A stretch of 64,000 bases of DNA from Epiperipatus broadwayi (lineage: Eukaryota > Animalia > Onychophora). The stretch is from contig JAQFVV010000007.1 of assembly GCA_028023455.1 (NCBI GenBank), forward strand, positions 15,624,001 to 15,688,000, in the 5' to 3' direction. Below are positions 52,868-64,000 of this stretch, one piece after another. The translations under genes were made by a program, and so were the position numbers. The notes beneath the pieces were generated by a model that was not told the DNA's origin, made no database searches, and saw nothing but the letters and a program-made list of their open reading frames with translations. The first letter of the stretch is position 1; each line of letters opens with the position of its first letter.

Positions 52868-55800
52868 GATTCATAATAATCCTTAGTAGTTAGTCAGTAA
52901 ATAAATGTCTAGTTATTAGCTAGAGAGTAATAAAAGGAATGAAAGGTTCTTTATATAAGCTTTGTAGTCTATATATCCTTCTTTCACCATTTATCTGATG
53001 AAATATGAGTGAGGATATTTTAGTTGCATTAAAGTACTTAAAAACTGTTTTATCTGTATTTTATGCATCTGCAGAATGCCTGAATGATCATAATTCTAAG
53101 ACAAGAAATATAAAAAGGGCAAACCAAAAAGCTTTGTATATTTCCTATAAACATATTTAAGCTTTTTTTTCTTCAAAAAACAAAGTAGGTTGATAATATT
53201 AGCAGCAAGTGGTGTTATGTACTATAAAAATTAATTCATACAAATGATCAATCAACATTTAAAATTTTCTCAGCACATGCATATATGTTATCATTCACTC
53301 ACAATTATTTTCATTTAGTTTCATTTGGAACTAAAATTTACAAGGATGCTAGTTTTGACTCTAAAAAATATGATGAGTGCTACTTTTTGAAATTTCTGTT
53401 TTAGTGAACAGTTAGTAAAAATATATATAAAAACTTTTGCTGCAGTGAGATGAGGAAAGCAGTCGCTTCATCAGTTCAGCTCTCCAAATATCCATATATA
53501 ATTTTTATATGTGAGTTTTGCTTTTATGAACTTTGCAGTAAGCCATCTTGCAGTGACTATGAGATTGGATGCAGTCTATTTTAGCAGTAGCTTGAGAAAT
53601 ATACTGAATCAAAAGCTGAAGGGAATTCATAAAGTAGTTACAATTTTATCAATTTTTAAATAAAAAATCTTATTTATTAATTTTCTAGGTTTTTTTGTTC
53701 TATCAATGCATCTCCTATTATTACTCGACTATATTACAACAATCCACTCTTACCATGCTTGCATTTTACCAGCAACCTTGATATTTTAGATAAGCTAGAG
53801 ATGTCAAAACATCTGAATTTTACACCCATTTGTTTATACCTCTCACTTTTATGCAAGGTGAAGACTGATTTTTATCCACTACTAACATCTTGTGGGAGAG
53901 TTAATAATTATTGCCTGTATATATATATTTCTAGGCTTTTTATTATTATTGCTATCTTTCATTTGAACTCTTACCATATCACAACTATTTACCAGTATAG
54001 AAGGTCACACCATCTTTTCTCAACATGCATATATTTAAATACTTATTCACACTATTGACATTTACCATACATTGCTTATTTTAGATTCTATTTCTCACTG
54101 TATTTTATACATGATAATGGCATTATTGTGTGTGTTGTTTGCATTGTCTGTTTTGAAAATATAATAGACAATTTTAGGGGATGTCAATATGTATGAGTGA
54201 AGTTTTTTGTTATCTTTTTGGTTTTTTAAACTTTATTAACAGTATAGTGAAAATTAGTTGTCCTATCCATGTAAGTGCATTCCCTTGCTCAAATAAATAA
54301 GTTTGTACTTTATACTTTGAGTCCCTATTTGTCATACATGAGATTAAAAGTTAAAGTTCTGCAGTTACATATTCAAAGAGTGACTGTTTTAACATTGTTT
54401 TAGAAAATCATTCTGTATGCTGAATATCAGCTATTGTATACAGGCTGGTAAAAATGATTGTATAGGGTCTCTAAAAAATTATTCCCACATTCAATACACA
54501 TAAAAAAAAAATTAAGAATCAAAATATGGCAGCAAGGAATATACAATAGCTGGATTCCTCTTTAATTAACATAGGAGAAAAATAAAATCAATAACACAAC
54601 CAATATTAGTAAATTTTTTAATAATAAAAGAATCTATAATATAATGTGCTAATTGTTTTGTAACTTTTGACATATTTATTGATGTAATATAATGTATATA
54701 GTGAGATAAAAGTTTTTTAAAATTAGGGTCAACTGATGGCATATTGAGAGTTATTTTTCTTTTGGTCTATCTTTATTAATATGATTTTTAAAGAATATAT
54801 GGAAGTGTAGAGGTTATTTAATATATTTATAAAGATGTTACACATGGGAAAGAGAAATGTGAATAACTTCATGTGTGTATTTAATTAAAAAAAAAACATA
54901 TATTAATAACCGTAGTTTAAAATTTTTATCTGTACAAGAGACAATCTTTAGTCTAGTAAATATTAATGATAATCATCACTGTATTTATGTTCTGGGAGGA
55001 TTGAGTTTGACACTTGTAAATTAAAATGAAATAACTTTACCAACGTTTTACAGCCCTTGCATAAATTGTTCCACCTGTAGTTCAAATCTGAACCTTTGTG
55101 TGAAATACAGTATACTATAGATAAATAATATTTAATATTTCTTTTCATAGTATAATAATTTATGCAGAAGTACTGAAAACCCCTAGTGAGCTATATGTAA
55201 ACTAACTGTCAGCAAACATAAAAATGTAGAATGAGTCCACCTACACATAAGCTTCAGTCATATATATTATTAGAAAAAAAATGAGTAAATTAATCTTTAT
55301 TTAATTCAATGAAAAGTTCAGACATATAAAGAATAAACAGTTGCAAAATGAAAATTAAAAGGATTTGCAGACTCACTGGGAATTAATCATCAAAATTAAT
55401 ATAATTATGAAATGTCTACTTGGAATGAATATGCAACAAATTTATTTATCTTCCTTTTTTAGTTTGACTTACTTAATTTGAATTTTTGTTAATTTTTTTA
55501 TTTACCAAGTATTAATAAAAATTGAATGACTATTGCTTGGAAGTTCATAAAAGGTTTGAGCATTGGAAGTGATGTGGAATCCATTTAAGGACCTTACACT
55601 ATAGTTTCACACTTTATACTGTATCCAACTCCACAGTGATGCACGGAGCTTAAATTCCAGTGTCCGATACTCTACAACATTCTGTAACAAAATTGTATTG
55701 AAATGAAAGATTTTGCTGATAGTCTTAACAAGTCTATATCTGCTACTTATAAAGTGATATCCTGAAAGTAATGTTTACTGACTCAAAAAAATTGGACATT

Positions 55801-56329
55801 ACAATCAAGGGAAGAGAAAACATTATCATGATTAGTGGCAAGTAATGGAAAATCAACACCAGTAATCATTTTATGTTTTGGTTTACTCATATTAAAAAAT
55901 ATTAATTTTGCTTGTCTTCTGGATTTCTTTCAACAGAAAACAGCATAAACAAGGTGTGAGTTTGATGTGTATGCTCTACCCTTTTGGTAGTGTTTGATAT
56001 TATCTAATAAAAGGATTTGATGATAGACTTTATTGATTAATTATTGTGTCTTTACATATACAACATCTCTTAGGAAAAAGGTAATTGGTGATGGTTCTCT
56101 ATGCATATGCTCTATCTATCCTTTGGCATATGTTAATATCTAAAGCTGTAGAATATTACAATCTAATGAAAGCATTTGATAATGGTATTTATTTATTTAT
56201 TGATTGATTATGGTGCTTACTAAATAGTTACTTGATCAGTCTCTACAATCTGCTTGCAGTTCCATCTGTAAATCAATGCAAGAGACAAACTTTAATTATT
56301 CACAACAAAAATTTTTAAGTGTTCATATG

Positions 56330-56640
56330 TCTGGATCACCAGTTAGTAGTATCAAATGACAATAAAACACAAGGTTTGTTCTAAGTTGGCAAAACTACTA
56401 CTGGAACATTTTAAATGCTTTAAACTGTGTATTGTGAATCTATGAGCCGCAATAGCATTCTCAAGTGCTTTACAAAATTTTGTGATGTCAGGGAGAGTGT
56501 TGAAGAATTTATGATACAAAACTTAATAAGATATTTCACATCACTATCCAAAAATCCAGACATGCTAGCACTTCTATGTTATGTCATTACATGACATATG
56601 TATTGATTTAGAGACATTGTTACAGGTAGCTTGGAGAAAA
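56330..56640 (+). mobile_element. Possible second hAT transposase remnant
   Basis: SRNSILKCFTKFCDVRESVEEFM...LALLCYVIT resembles the Buster-type WLSRG.VL.RF.EL..EI..FM...LAFL.DIT region. Confidence 0.35.
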
Positions 56641-56833
56641 AAACCATTTATTTTTTCACTAGATAACATTGAGTATGTCATAGATTATATTTGCCACTTT
56701 CTTAGAATTCTTTTAATGTTATGATGCAGATGTAATATGAGTTCTGTTAAAAGGGATGGCAAGAGTTTTTGATAGTAGTGTATATTAGCTAGTCTCAACA
56801 TCCTTTTAGATAAAGAACTAACATACATATAAG

Positions 56834-57055
56834 AAACAGTAGCAACTCTCTCCATACAGTAATGCTGCCTAGTGCAAGCCATAGTAATCAGTGGATGCTA
56901 GAAGGTTTGTGCATCAAAATCCCTATCTAGTGCGTATTCAACCAACATCCCCATCTAGATCTTTGGATCTAATGCATTGGGTGACACTATTGTATGGAGA
57001 GTTGTTACTGTTTTAACAGATTGTGGAAGCATAAGAAATGGTGATCATATGATAC
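56834..57055. mobile_element. Family A element, most intact copy
   Basis: Inverted repeats at 56834-56876 and 56973-57013, plus a one-sided shared flank to ~57055. Confidence 0.7.
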
Positions 57056-57594
57056 GCCCAAGAACTGCATTTAAAATATAAGTATAAATATAAAAGTTTT
57101 ACATATATTTAGACATCATTCGTGTAATAAAATAAAAAAATATTTTTATCGTTCGTTTTTAATTTGTTAATTTTTCACATTTCACAAGTTTTGTTTTAGA
57201 ATAATAGTTAAACTTTAGGGATTTTCAATTTGCAGAAACCTGCTAATTAGTATTAAAGTTAGATGTGTCCTCTCTGCTCTTTTTTTACTTGATAATTATG
57301 TTGCCATTAATTAGTCATTAACAAAATTCATAGATTTTGCTTCTGATTATAACACAAGGTAATATGATTCCATCAAATATAAAAATGCAAGTTTTAGCAA
57401 ATATAAAAATGTGTTTAATTTTCTTTGTCGTGGGAATTGAATATTGGCAGACGTTGAGATTTTTTTTTTTTAATAATTCATAAATATTATCTTTTTTAAA
57501 AAAAAAAAAAAACCACAATGAGTTATAATAAAGATTACATTTAATGTTTTAACTGTGGCTGTGACATAAATATTTTATATGATATTAAATAAAT

Positions 57595-57700
57595 AATCAA
57601 ATGGCGTTCATTGCTCGGAGGTTCGTAGGAAGTTCGCATACCGGAAGTGCCCTAGCTGAGCGCGATCCTTGGGTTTGAAGCTATGGAGTCTGTCACACCA
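57595..57700. promoter_or_regulatory. Housekeeping-type promoter-like island
   Basis: The most CpG-dense 100 bp in the window. YY1-like AAATGGCG at 57599, ETS-like AGGAAGT at 57627 and CCGGAAGTG at 57641. Confidence 0.6.
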
Positions 57701-57842
57701 ACAGCAAACTAATCAGAATAAAATATTAATAAAACGATATCCCTTAACTTTCTTTTTTTCCAGAATGGCCTAAACTACGGTCTTTTATTATTATTATTTT
57801 TTAAAAAACTTTCGATCAAAACAGTTTCAGTTTGCCCTAAAG

Positions 57843-58395
57843 TTTGTGTGATGATGGTATTTTATTAGTAATTACATGTTGGATTATTTTTATCATCTAA
57901 TATTAATTGTTAAATGTCTGTAAAATTCAATTTTTATTTCAACTTTACAAATACATGCAACTGTTAGTAATAGTATACAATAATATTATTCTCTCTTCTT
58001 CAGGTGTTGCTGGCTTGACCAGTGGCTTACTAGCATGGGAATCGAACTTAGACCTTTAGTTTACAAATATTAAAAATTGTGTGTTACTTTAACCAATTAT
58101 CCTGACAGAATATCTAGTTTAAAATTTTTCCTTAAAGTTAACATTCATGAATCTAAAGGTCCAGGTTTGAATTCTGTGCTAGTACTGTCACTAGACCAGG
58201 CCAGCAACACCTGAAGAAGAGAGGAAAATGATAGTACTGTACTCAAAATGTTTTATATACTAAACTATGTGCGATTACTAATAGTTTAATGTATTTGGAA
58301 AGTATAAATAAAGTTTGAATTTTTCTAAAGATATTTTAGCAATTAATGTTAGATGATGGAAATAGTCCCATTTATAACTACTATTAGTTATGATT
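57843..58395. mobile_element. Foldback element family B, full copy
   Basis: Arm ~57870-58060 (...ctctcttcttcaggtgttgctgg...ctagcatgggaatcgaacttagaccttta) is the reverse complement of ~58150-58375. Partial copies lie at ~29860-30000, 31430-31800 and 62636-63675. Confidence 0.75.
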
Positions 58396-58754
58396 TTTTT
58401 TTTATAAATGGTTTATTTTAATAAGGATTACAATAAATATGCAATTAATCACCCATTTTCCGTTCTTTTAATAAATTCTAGTAGCCAATCCCAATAATAA
58501 TGCTGTGCTTTCAAACATATCAATTTTATGAAAAGGTTCAATAATAAACTGATTAAGAATTTGAGTTGTGAGGAAATATTTTTGTTTTTAATCACCCCAC
58601 AAGAAGAAGTTGAAGTAAAGTTCTTGATCAATCTACTAGATGGGAAGCTTATGACTTGCAACCTTTTTTTTTATACAGACATATTACCATTTATCTAAAA
58701 TCTCTAGTTGAATTTGTGAATTTTTTGGATTTCAGCAGTATCCCTCTTCTCAAA

Positions 58755-61493
58755 TTATAAGATCAAACTTCTAAGGTGGTCTGAGTTTTTCCATTGATGG
58801 ATGGTTGCACTGTAGTAAAGTTGAAATAAAGAAATGCCCTGAAAACCTTAAGAATTAATTTTACTGTCTATATTTTTGTATATTTTATAAATTTTTGGTT
58901 GGAGTAACATACAGTCAATATACGCATGTCAACAAAATTGGCAAACAAGTGCTTTGTACATGCCATTATCAGAATATGGCAATAGCATGTACATATACCT
59001 TGATGATCCAATGCTTTAATTACCAAAGAAAGGCTTATAGAATCAAATGCCTTTTCATAATCTACAAATCCAAAGTATAATGGAAACACATATTCATTGA
59101 TTCTTTTTATAATTTCTCTATTTAATTGGATATGATCTACTGTACTAAAAATCACTTTTAAATCCAGCTTGTTTTTTTGGTTGGTTGAAATCCAAAGTTC
59201 TCTCTAGATGAGGTATAATTATTTTCATAAAAAATTTATATAAAACTGATAAGTCTGTAATTTCTAATATGTTCTTTATTACCTTTTATAAATATTAATA
59301 TTAATACTGAATTCTTCCAATTATCTGGTACATCTTTATCATATAGACATTTGGTATATATATCTTTGCCAAAAATTTTTCTATTTCTTCACCTACTTCT
59401 TTTAATATATCGATTATAATTCCATCATTTCCTGAAGCTTTTCCCTTCTTCATAAATTTAATTGCATGTCTCACTTCTTCATTTAAAATCCTGGGAATTC
59501 AGAAGCTATAATAATTGTAGGAGATACTTGTTCTTTATTACTATATAAAACTCTTCTATCCATTTTATGATGTCATCCCTCCTTTTAGTAATAGTTCCAT
59601 CTTTTTTTATTTATTGCAGATATAAGTTTCCTACCAATACCAAAATGTTGTTTTACACTCTTGAGACTTTTATTGTCTTCTACAGACTTCCTTTCTAGTT
59701 CACAATTATACTTTCTTATATCATTATCAACATGTTTCCACACCATTTTACAAATTTCAAGATATACAATCCTTCTTAATGCACCATTTTTATATATCTT
59801 CATATTCCTTCTTTTCTTCATAAATTCTGTAGTTTCAATAGAAATTTCAATGTTCGATTGCTGCCTTTTTCTACCAGCTATCTTTGTTGCAGTTTATAAA
59901 AGTGTATCAGTTATTTTCCTATTAATTAGATTTACATCAGAATCATGTTTAAAATCTACTAATATTTGAAACTGATGTGCAAGTTCTAATGTAAATTAAT
60001 TAAAATGTTTCTGAAGATTAGGAATATCAACTATGAATATTGTTTTTCTTAAGTTTTGTCTCACTAGTCTTATATTAACACATATATTATGTCTTACTAA
60101 TCAGTGATCACTTCCTGTGTTGAATTTATTAAGGATATTACAATCTTGAAATATGTTTTTTCTGTTAGTCAAAATATAATCCAATTCTACTCTCATTTGG
60201 AAACAATCATTTGGATGTTTCTATATCTATGTCCTTTAACATTTTTCTCAAAAGAAGAATTCATAATATAAAGTTCTTTTTTTTTTCTGCAAATTACACA
60301 AATCTATCTCCTCTCTCATTTCTATTACCATAACCAAATTTATCTATAATACTTTCATCTTTGATTTGCTTACCAATTCTAGTATTAAAGTCTCCCATAA
60401 CAATTTTAAAATGTTTGGTTTGATCAAAAGTTTTTTGTACATCTGTATAAAAGTATACTACCTCATCATTATTAGAACTTAATGGGGATGTAAACCTGAA
60501 TTATCTGCATTTGGTATCTGCTACTAAGCTGAATAACTAATATTGCCACTCTGTCCAATACACCATCAATCTCCACAATGTTCTTCAATTTTTTATTTAT
60601 AGTGAATCCTACTTCACTTGTACTTCCAATATTTGTGCTTTTGTGATAGAATACATATCCACTTTTTAAATCAATTATCTCTTCACCTTTTTTAAATATC
60701 TATCAGGAAAAAAATTTTCATTCATGCAACTGAAAAGAAAGACCACAATGTTTCTTGATCTTAAACTCAGAAGTAAAAAGCCAATAAACTCACCATGCGG
60801 GCTAATGCACGGTGAGCAGCCTGTCCATGTTCGTATACTTTATGAATAATCACATAGTAATAACAGCTGCAATGACAAAAACAAATGGAATTTACCTTAG
60901 GAATTTGCCCTACTTGCTTCCTTTAAAGGCCTCCAAGAGGACTTCAGTTAACAGTAAATTCCTTTGTGTATCAGTTGTATAAGATAGAGTGAGTAACTGA
61001 AGGGAGCTTGAAAGCCTGGGGTCAAATCCCTCTAATTATATCTAGGTTAAGTATATCAATGACAATGGTCAAACATAAATTTTTCCATAATGTTGTTTTC
61101 AAATAATAATGATTCCAACACAATTGAAATAAAACAAGTATATAAAAAAAATTATTTTCTTTATTATTGAACTGTATTTCACTCTATATTAGGCTATTTT
61201 GAAAAGGCCCTAATGTAGGGTGAAAACTGGTCCAATACTAAGAAAAATTTTTTTTATATATTTGTTTTATTTTAATAGTGTTGGAAGCTTTAATATATAA
61301 TTATTAACAATATATACATTTGAAAATACAGAACATGTCAAAATTTTATATTGCAGTAATTTAAAACTATAAATCATATAAATCAGAATAATATTTTGTG
61401 ATTAATTTCAATAATGGAGTATTTGAATTGTTAGTTCTTGGATCAATGATAATTACCTGTATTTAGGCCATAATGAAATAATCTGCCATCTTT
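58755..61493 (-). CDS. Putative 3' coding exons of an unidentified gene (61493-61457, 60961-60914, 60866-60794, 58838-58755 with stop)
   Basis: Exon 60866-60794 has strong sites (ttgtttttgtcattgcag| ... ATG|gtgagt) and keeps CpGs in codons. Phases join to give RWQIISLWPKYR-NLLLTEVLLEAFKGSN-CYYYVIIHKVYEHGQAAHRALARM-GISLFQLYYSATIHQWKNSDHLRSLIL*. One intron is only 47 nt and one acceptor is weak. Confidence 0.5.
58960..60770 (-). mobile_element. RTE LINE 5' portion (APE endonuclease to RT), degraded
   Basis: The - strand shows DRVAILVI.LS.RYQMQIIQVY.P (~60490-60560), KAGRKKAA-like IEISIET, K.SGNDGI near 59430 and NEYVFPLYFGFVDYEKAFDSI (~59040-59100). Confidence 0.85.
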
Positions 61494-62696
61494 CTGTAAG
61501 CAAAAAAACGTTTCCTTTAAAAAATTAATAAAGAAAAGAATATAAACTTGCTATTGATTTCTTCTATATTTAACTGAAATGAAATAGAAGCTATAGTATT
61601 TTTCAAAATCCCACTATTCAATAGTAACATATATGAAATAGAGCATGCTTTTTGAATGTGTATATGTTATGTTTTCTGCCTGAAGAAATGTTAATGTTTT
61701 TGTGCAATAGGTTAATTATTATGACTATATAATACCCATTACCTACACTAGTTTGTTGTTGTTCATTAGTCTTTTAATATCATCATCAAACATCACTGAC
61801 CACAAGTTGATATTTAAAGTTCTAGTGTTTTAATGTAAACAAATAGACATTAAATTATTAGTCTCTTCATTAACAAGTGTATGAAATCTACTAGATATAA
61901 TATTACAATTATGTTTTATGTTCAGTATATCACAAGTTTTACTAGTGATTAGATTGTCTGGAAACTTTTATTCCCTAGTTAAATAAACCCATTTACCAAT
62001 TGGTATTGAGTGGTTGATGTAGTTGTTGAGTGCAACTGCCTGCCATGTCGATAACCTGGAATTCAATTTGGGTCAAGTAAAACTTGAATATTTTTCAGAT
62101 TATAATTAGAATATTTTCAATCTGTCATTTAATCTAATCACTCAATATTGACCCATGAATGACTATTTAATTATCTAAGCTAAAGAATAAAACAAGAATC
62201 GATAGCATTTAAACTCTCAAAGTCATCCAGCAATTTGAATGTTTGGCTAATAATGACTTATTACCGATTTTTTTACTGTAAACTATTTGAGAGATCCTTG
62301 TTTTACAGTGGGTTATTATTTTTAACTATTGGATTGGTTTTGGTTCACTAAGAGATATCAATCTGAAAATAGTTTTTTTTTTTGCTCTATTTTAAATTTG
62401 ATCATTGGTATGGTAGATAAATGTTATAATTATATTATGAATCGTGTTGATTTGAATAACATCATAAAACATAAGTATCTTATGTAATTATTATATTAGA
62501 TGAAATTCTAATGATTTTAATGAGCACATAATTTTACAGCTTATGATTCCTCAAAAAATGATTCAACACATAATGGTTACAACATGGTTTTGTAATATAA
62601 ATGCTACAAGCATTATCTTATACTGTTTTCCTGAAGGTTTGTGATGATGGTATTTTAGTTGTATTTATATATTGGACTATTTCCATCATCTAATCT

Positions 62697-63534
62697 TATT
62701 GTGCTTCCCTGAAAATAAGACCTAACCAGAAATTTTTCAGGGTGTTGATAATATATGCCCTACCCAAAATATAAGATCTAGTTAAGATTTTAGCCAAATA
62801 GACAGATATCATTTGTCCATTGAAACATATTGACAAATGTATAAAAATATAAAGTAATGAATCACAACTAGCATAAGAAAAGAAAAAAAAACATTTTGAA
62901 TTAAAGTAATGAATGTATAAATAAATATAAATGTAGATTTTTGCACATGAATAAATATTACTGAAAATTATTTTGAAGACAGATTCATAACTAATTATTT
63001 TAATAAACTTGCAAACAAATTTTCTTTTCATTTATCAAAGTGCCTGTCTTCATTCAGTCTGATATGAGAATTCCTCTTTCATTTGATGTCCTACCACATA
63101 TATTGTAAATAAATCAGTATTAATATCTGAAAAGGCAGAAACTTACTACTAGCGGGTGATCTCACTTCACAAATTAATCAAGCCAGCTTAACATTTTATA
63201 TATTATTTTAAATTAAATATTATTAATTTTAACAACACATAAATACCTTTCATATTCTCATATATAATGAGAATATTCTGTGATATGATTATAGTCCTTT
63301 ATAAGTGTGAAATTTTCAAGCAGTAGTAAAAATTATCCATGCACTGTTGAAGTTGGTATTATTGAATAAATGTAGATTTATGTACTTAAATAAATGTAGA
63401 TTTTTGTATTTGAATAAATATATACTTTTGTACATGAAAAAAATAACACGTCCCCGGAAAATAAACCCTAAGCCATCTTTTGGAGCAAAAAATATGATTT
63501 GGGTCACCGAGTATTATTTTTGGGAAACACAGTA
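62697..63534. mobile_element. Non-autonomous pogo/Tigger-like (Tc1/mariner) element nested in a family B element
   Basis: Ends TAttgtgcttccctgaaaataagacc and gtattatttttgggaaacacagTA, giving imperfect TIRs with a TA TSD. Family B sequence resumes on both sides. Confidence 0.7.
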
Positions 63535-64000
63535 AGTATAGAATGTCTTTAGAAAATTCAGCTTTATTTAAATTTTAAATTACATTCAACTGTTAGTAAA
63601 TAGCACTCCGATTAGTACATGCAGAATGTTACAAGAGACATTATTACCCTCTTCAGGTGTTGCTGGCCTGACCAGTAAGTGTCATTTCAAAATAGATTTT
63701 TTTATTATAAGCTTTAATTACAATAAGTATTAAAATATTTGAATAAAAAAATTAAAGAAATCTAATCATAAATGTTCAAACCTGGAGAAATAAAATTACT
63801 TTTGTGTAGAACAGACTTTAATTGAAATCTTGTTGATTGTTTTTATACAATAGTTATTATAGTGAAATAAATTTGCTCGTTGTCAAAAAAAGGAGGAAAA
63901 AATAGTGATAACTTGCTAAAGATGAAGAAAATTTATTTACATTTAGACTACAAATGCTATGAGATACAACTAAGTCAAAAAAGGAAGGGGGGCATAAAAC

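Noticed and set aside
58868-59969. ORFs 58868-59155, 59585-59821 and 59661-59969 as genes
   Set aside because: They are fragments or antisense frames of the RTE element.
62301-62400. ttttacag|TGGGTT as Eph exon 3
   Set aside because: It translates WVIIFNYWIG and lacks the EES and WRSYVVC motifs.

Overview
Very AT-rich, repeat-laden animal DNA, probably an invertebrate. An arthropod is suggested by the Eph exon, CTCF-like motifs and a mosaic of CpG-poor domains with CpG-retaining islands. There are no prokaryotic features, rRNA or CRISPR arrays. The only coding sequence I can name is an 83-nt + strand exon (1523-1605) encoding the start of an Eph receptor ligand-binding domain. I found no following Eph exon in the remaining ~62 kb. 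Two unidentified small-exon gene segments can be assembled by hand on the - strand (37.2-38.3 kb and 58.8-61.5 kb). The rest is mostly decayed mobile DNA: about 15 RTE-clade LINE fragments, a near-complete degraded BovB-like RTE, a complete dead hAT transposon with TIRs and 8-bp TSD, Merlin, pogo/Tigger-like and possible R2-type remnants, a young ~105-bp tRNA-derived SINE with TSDs, several foldback elements, a tRNA-Gly(TCC) pseudogene and many local tandem duplications. Most listed ORFs are spurious or antisense to retroelements. Coordinates of decayed repeats are approximate and all homology calls are from motif recognition, not database searches.
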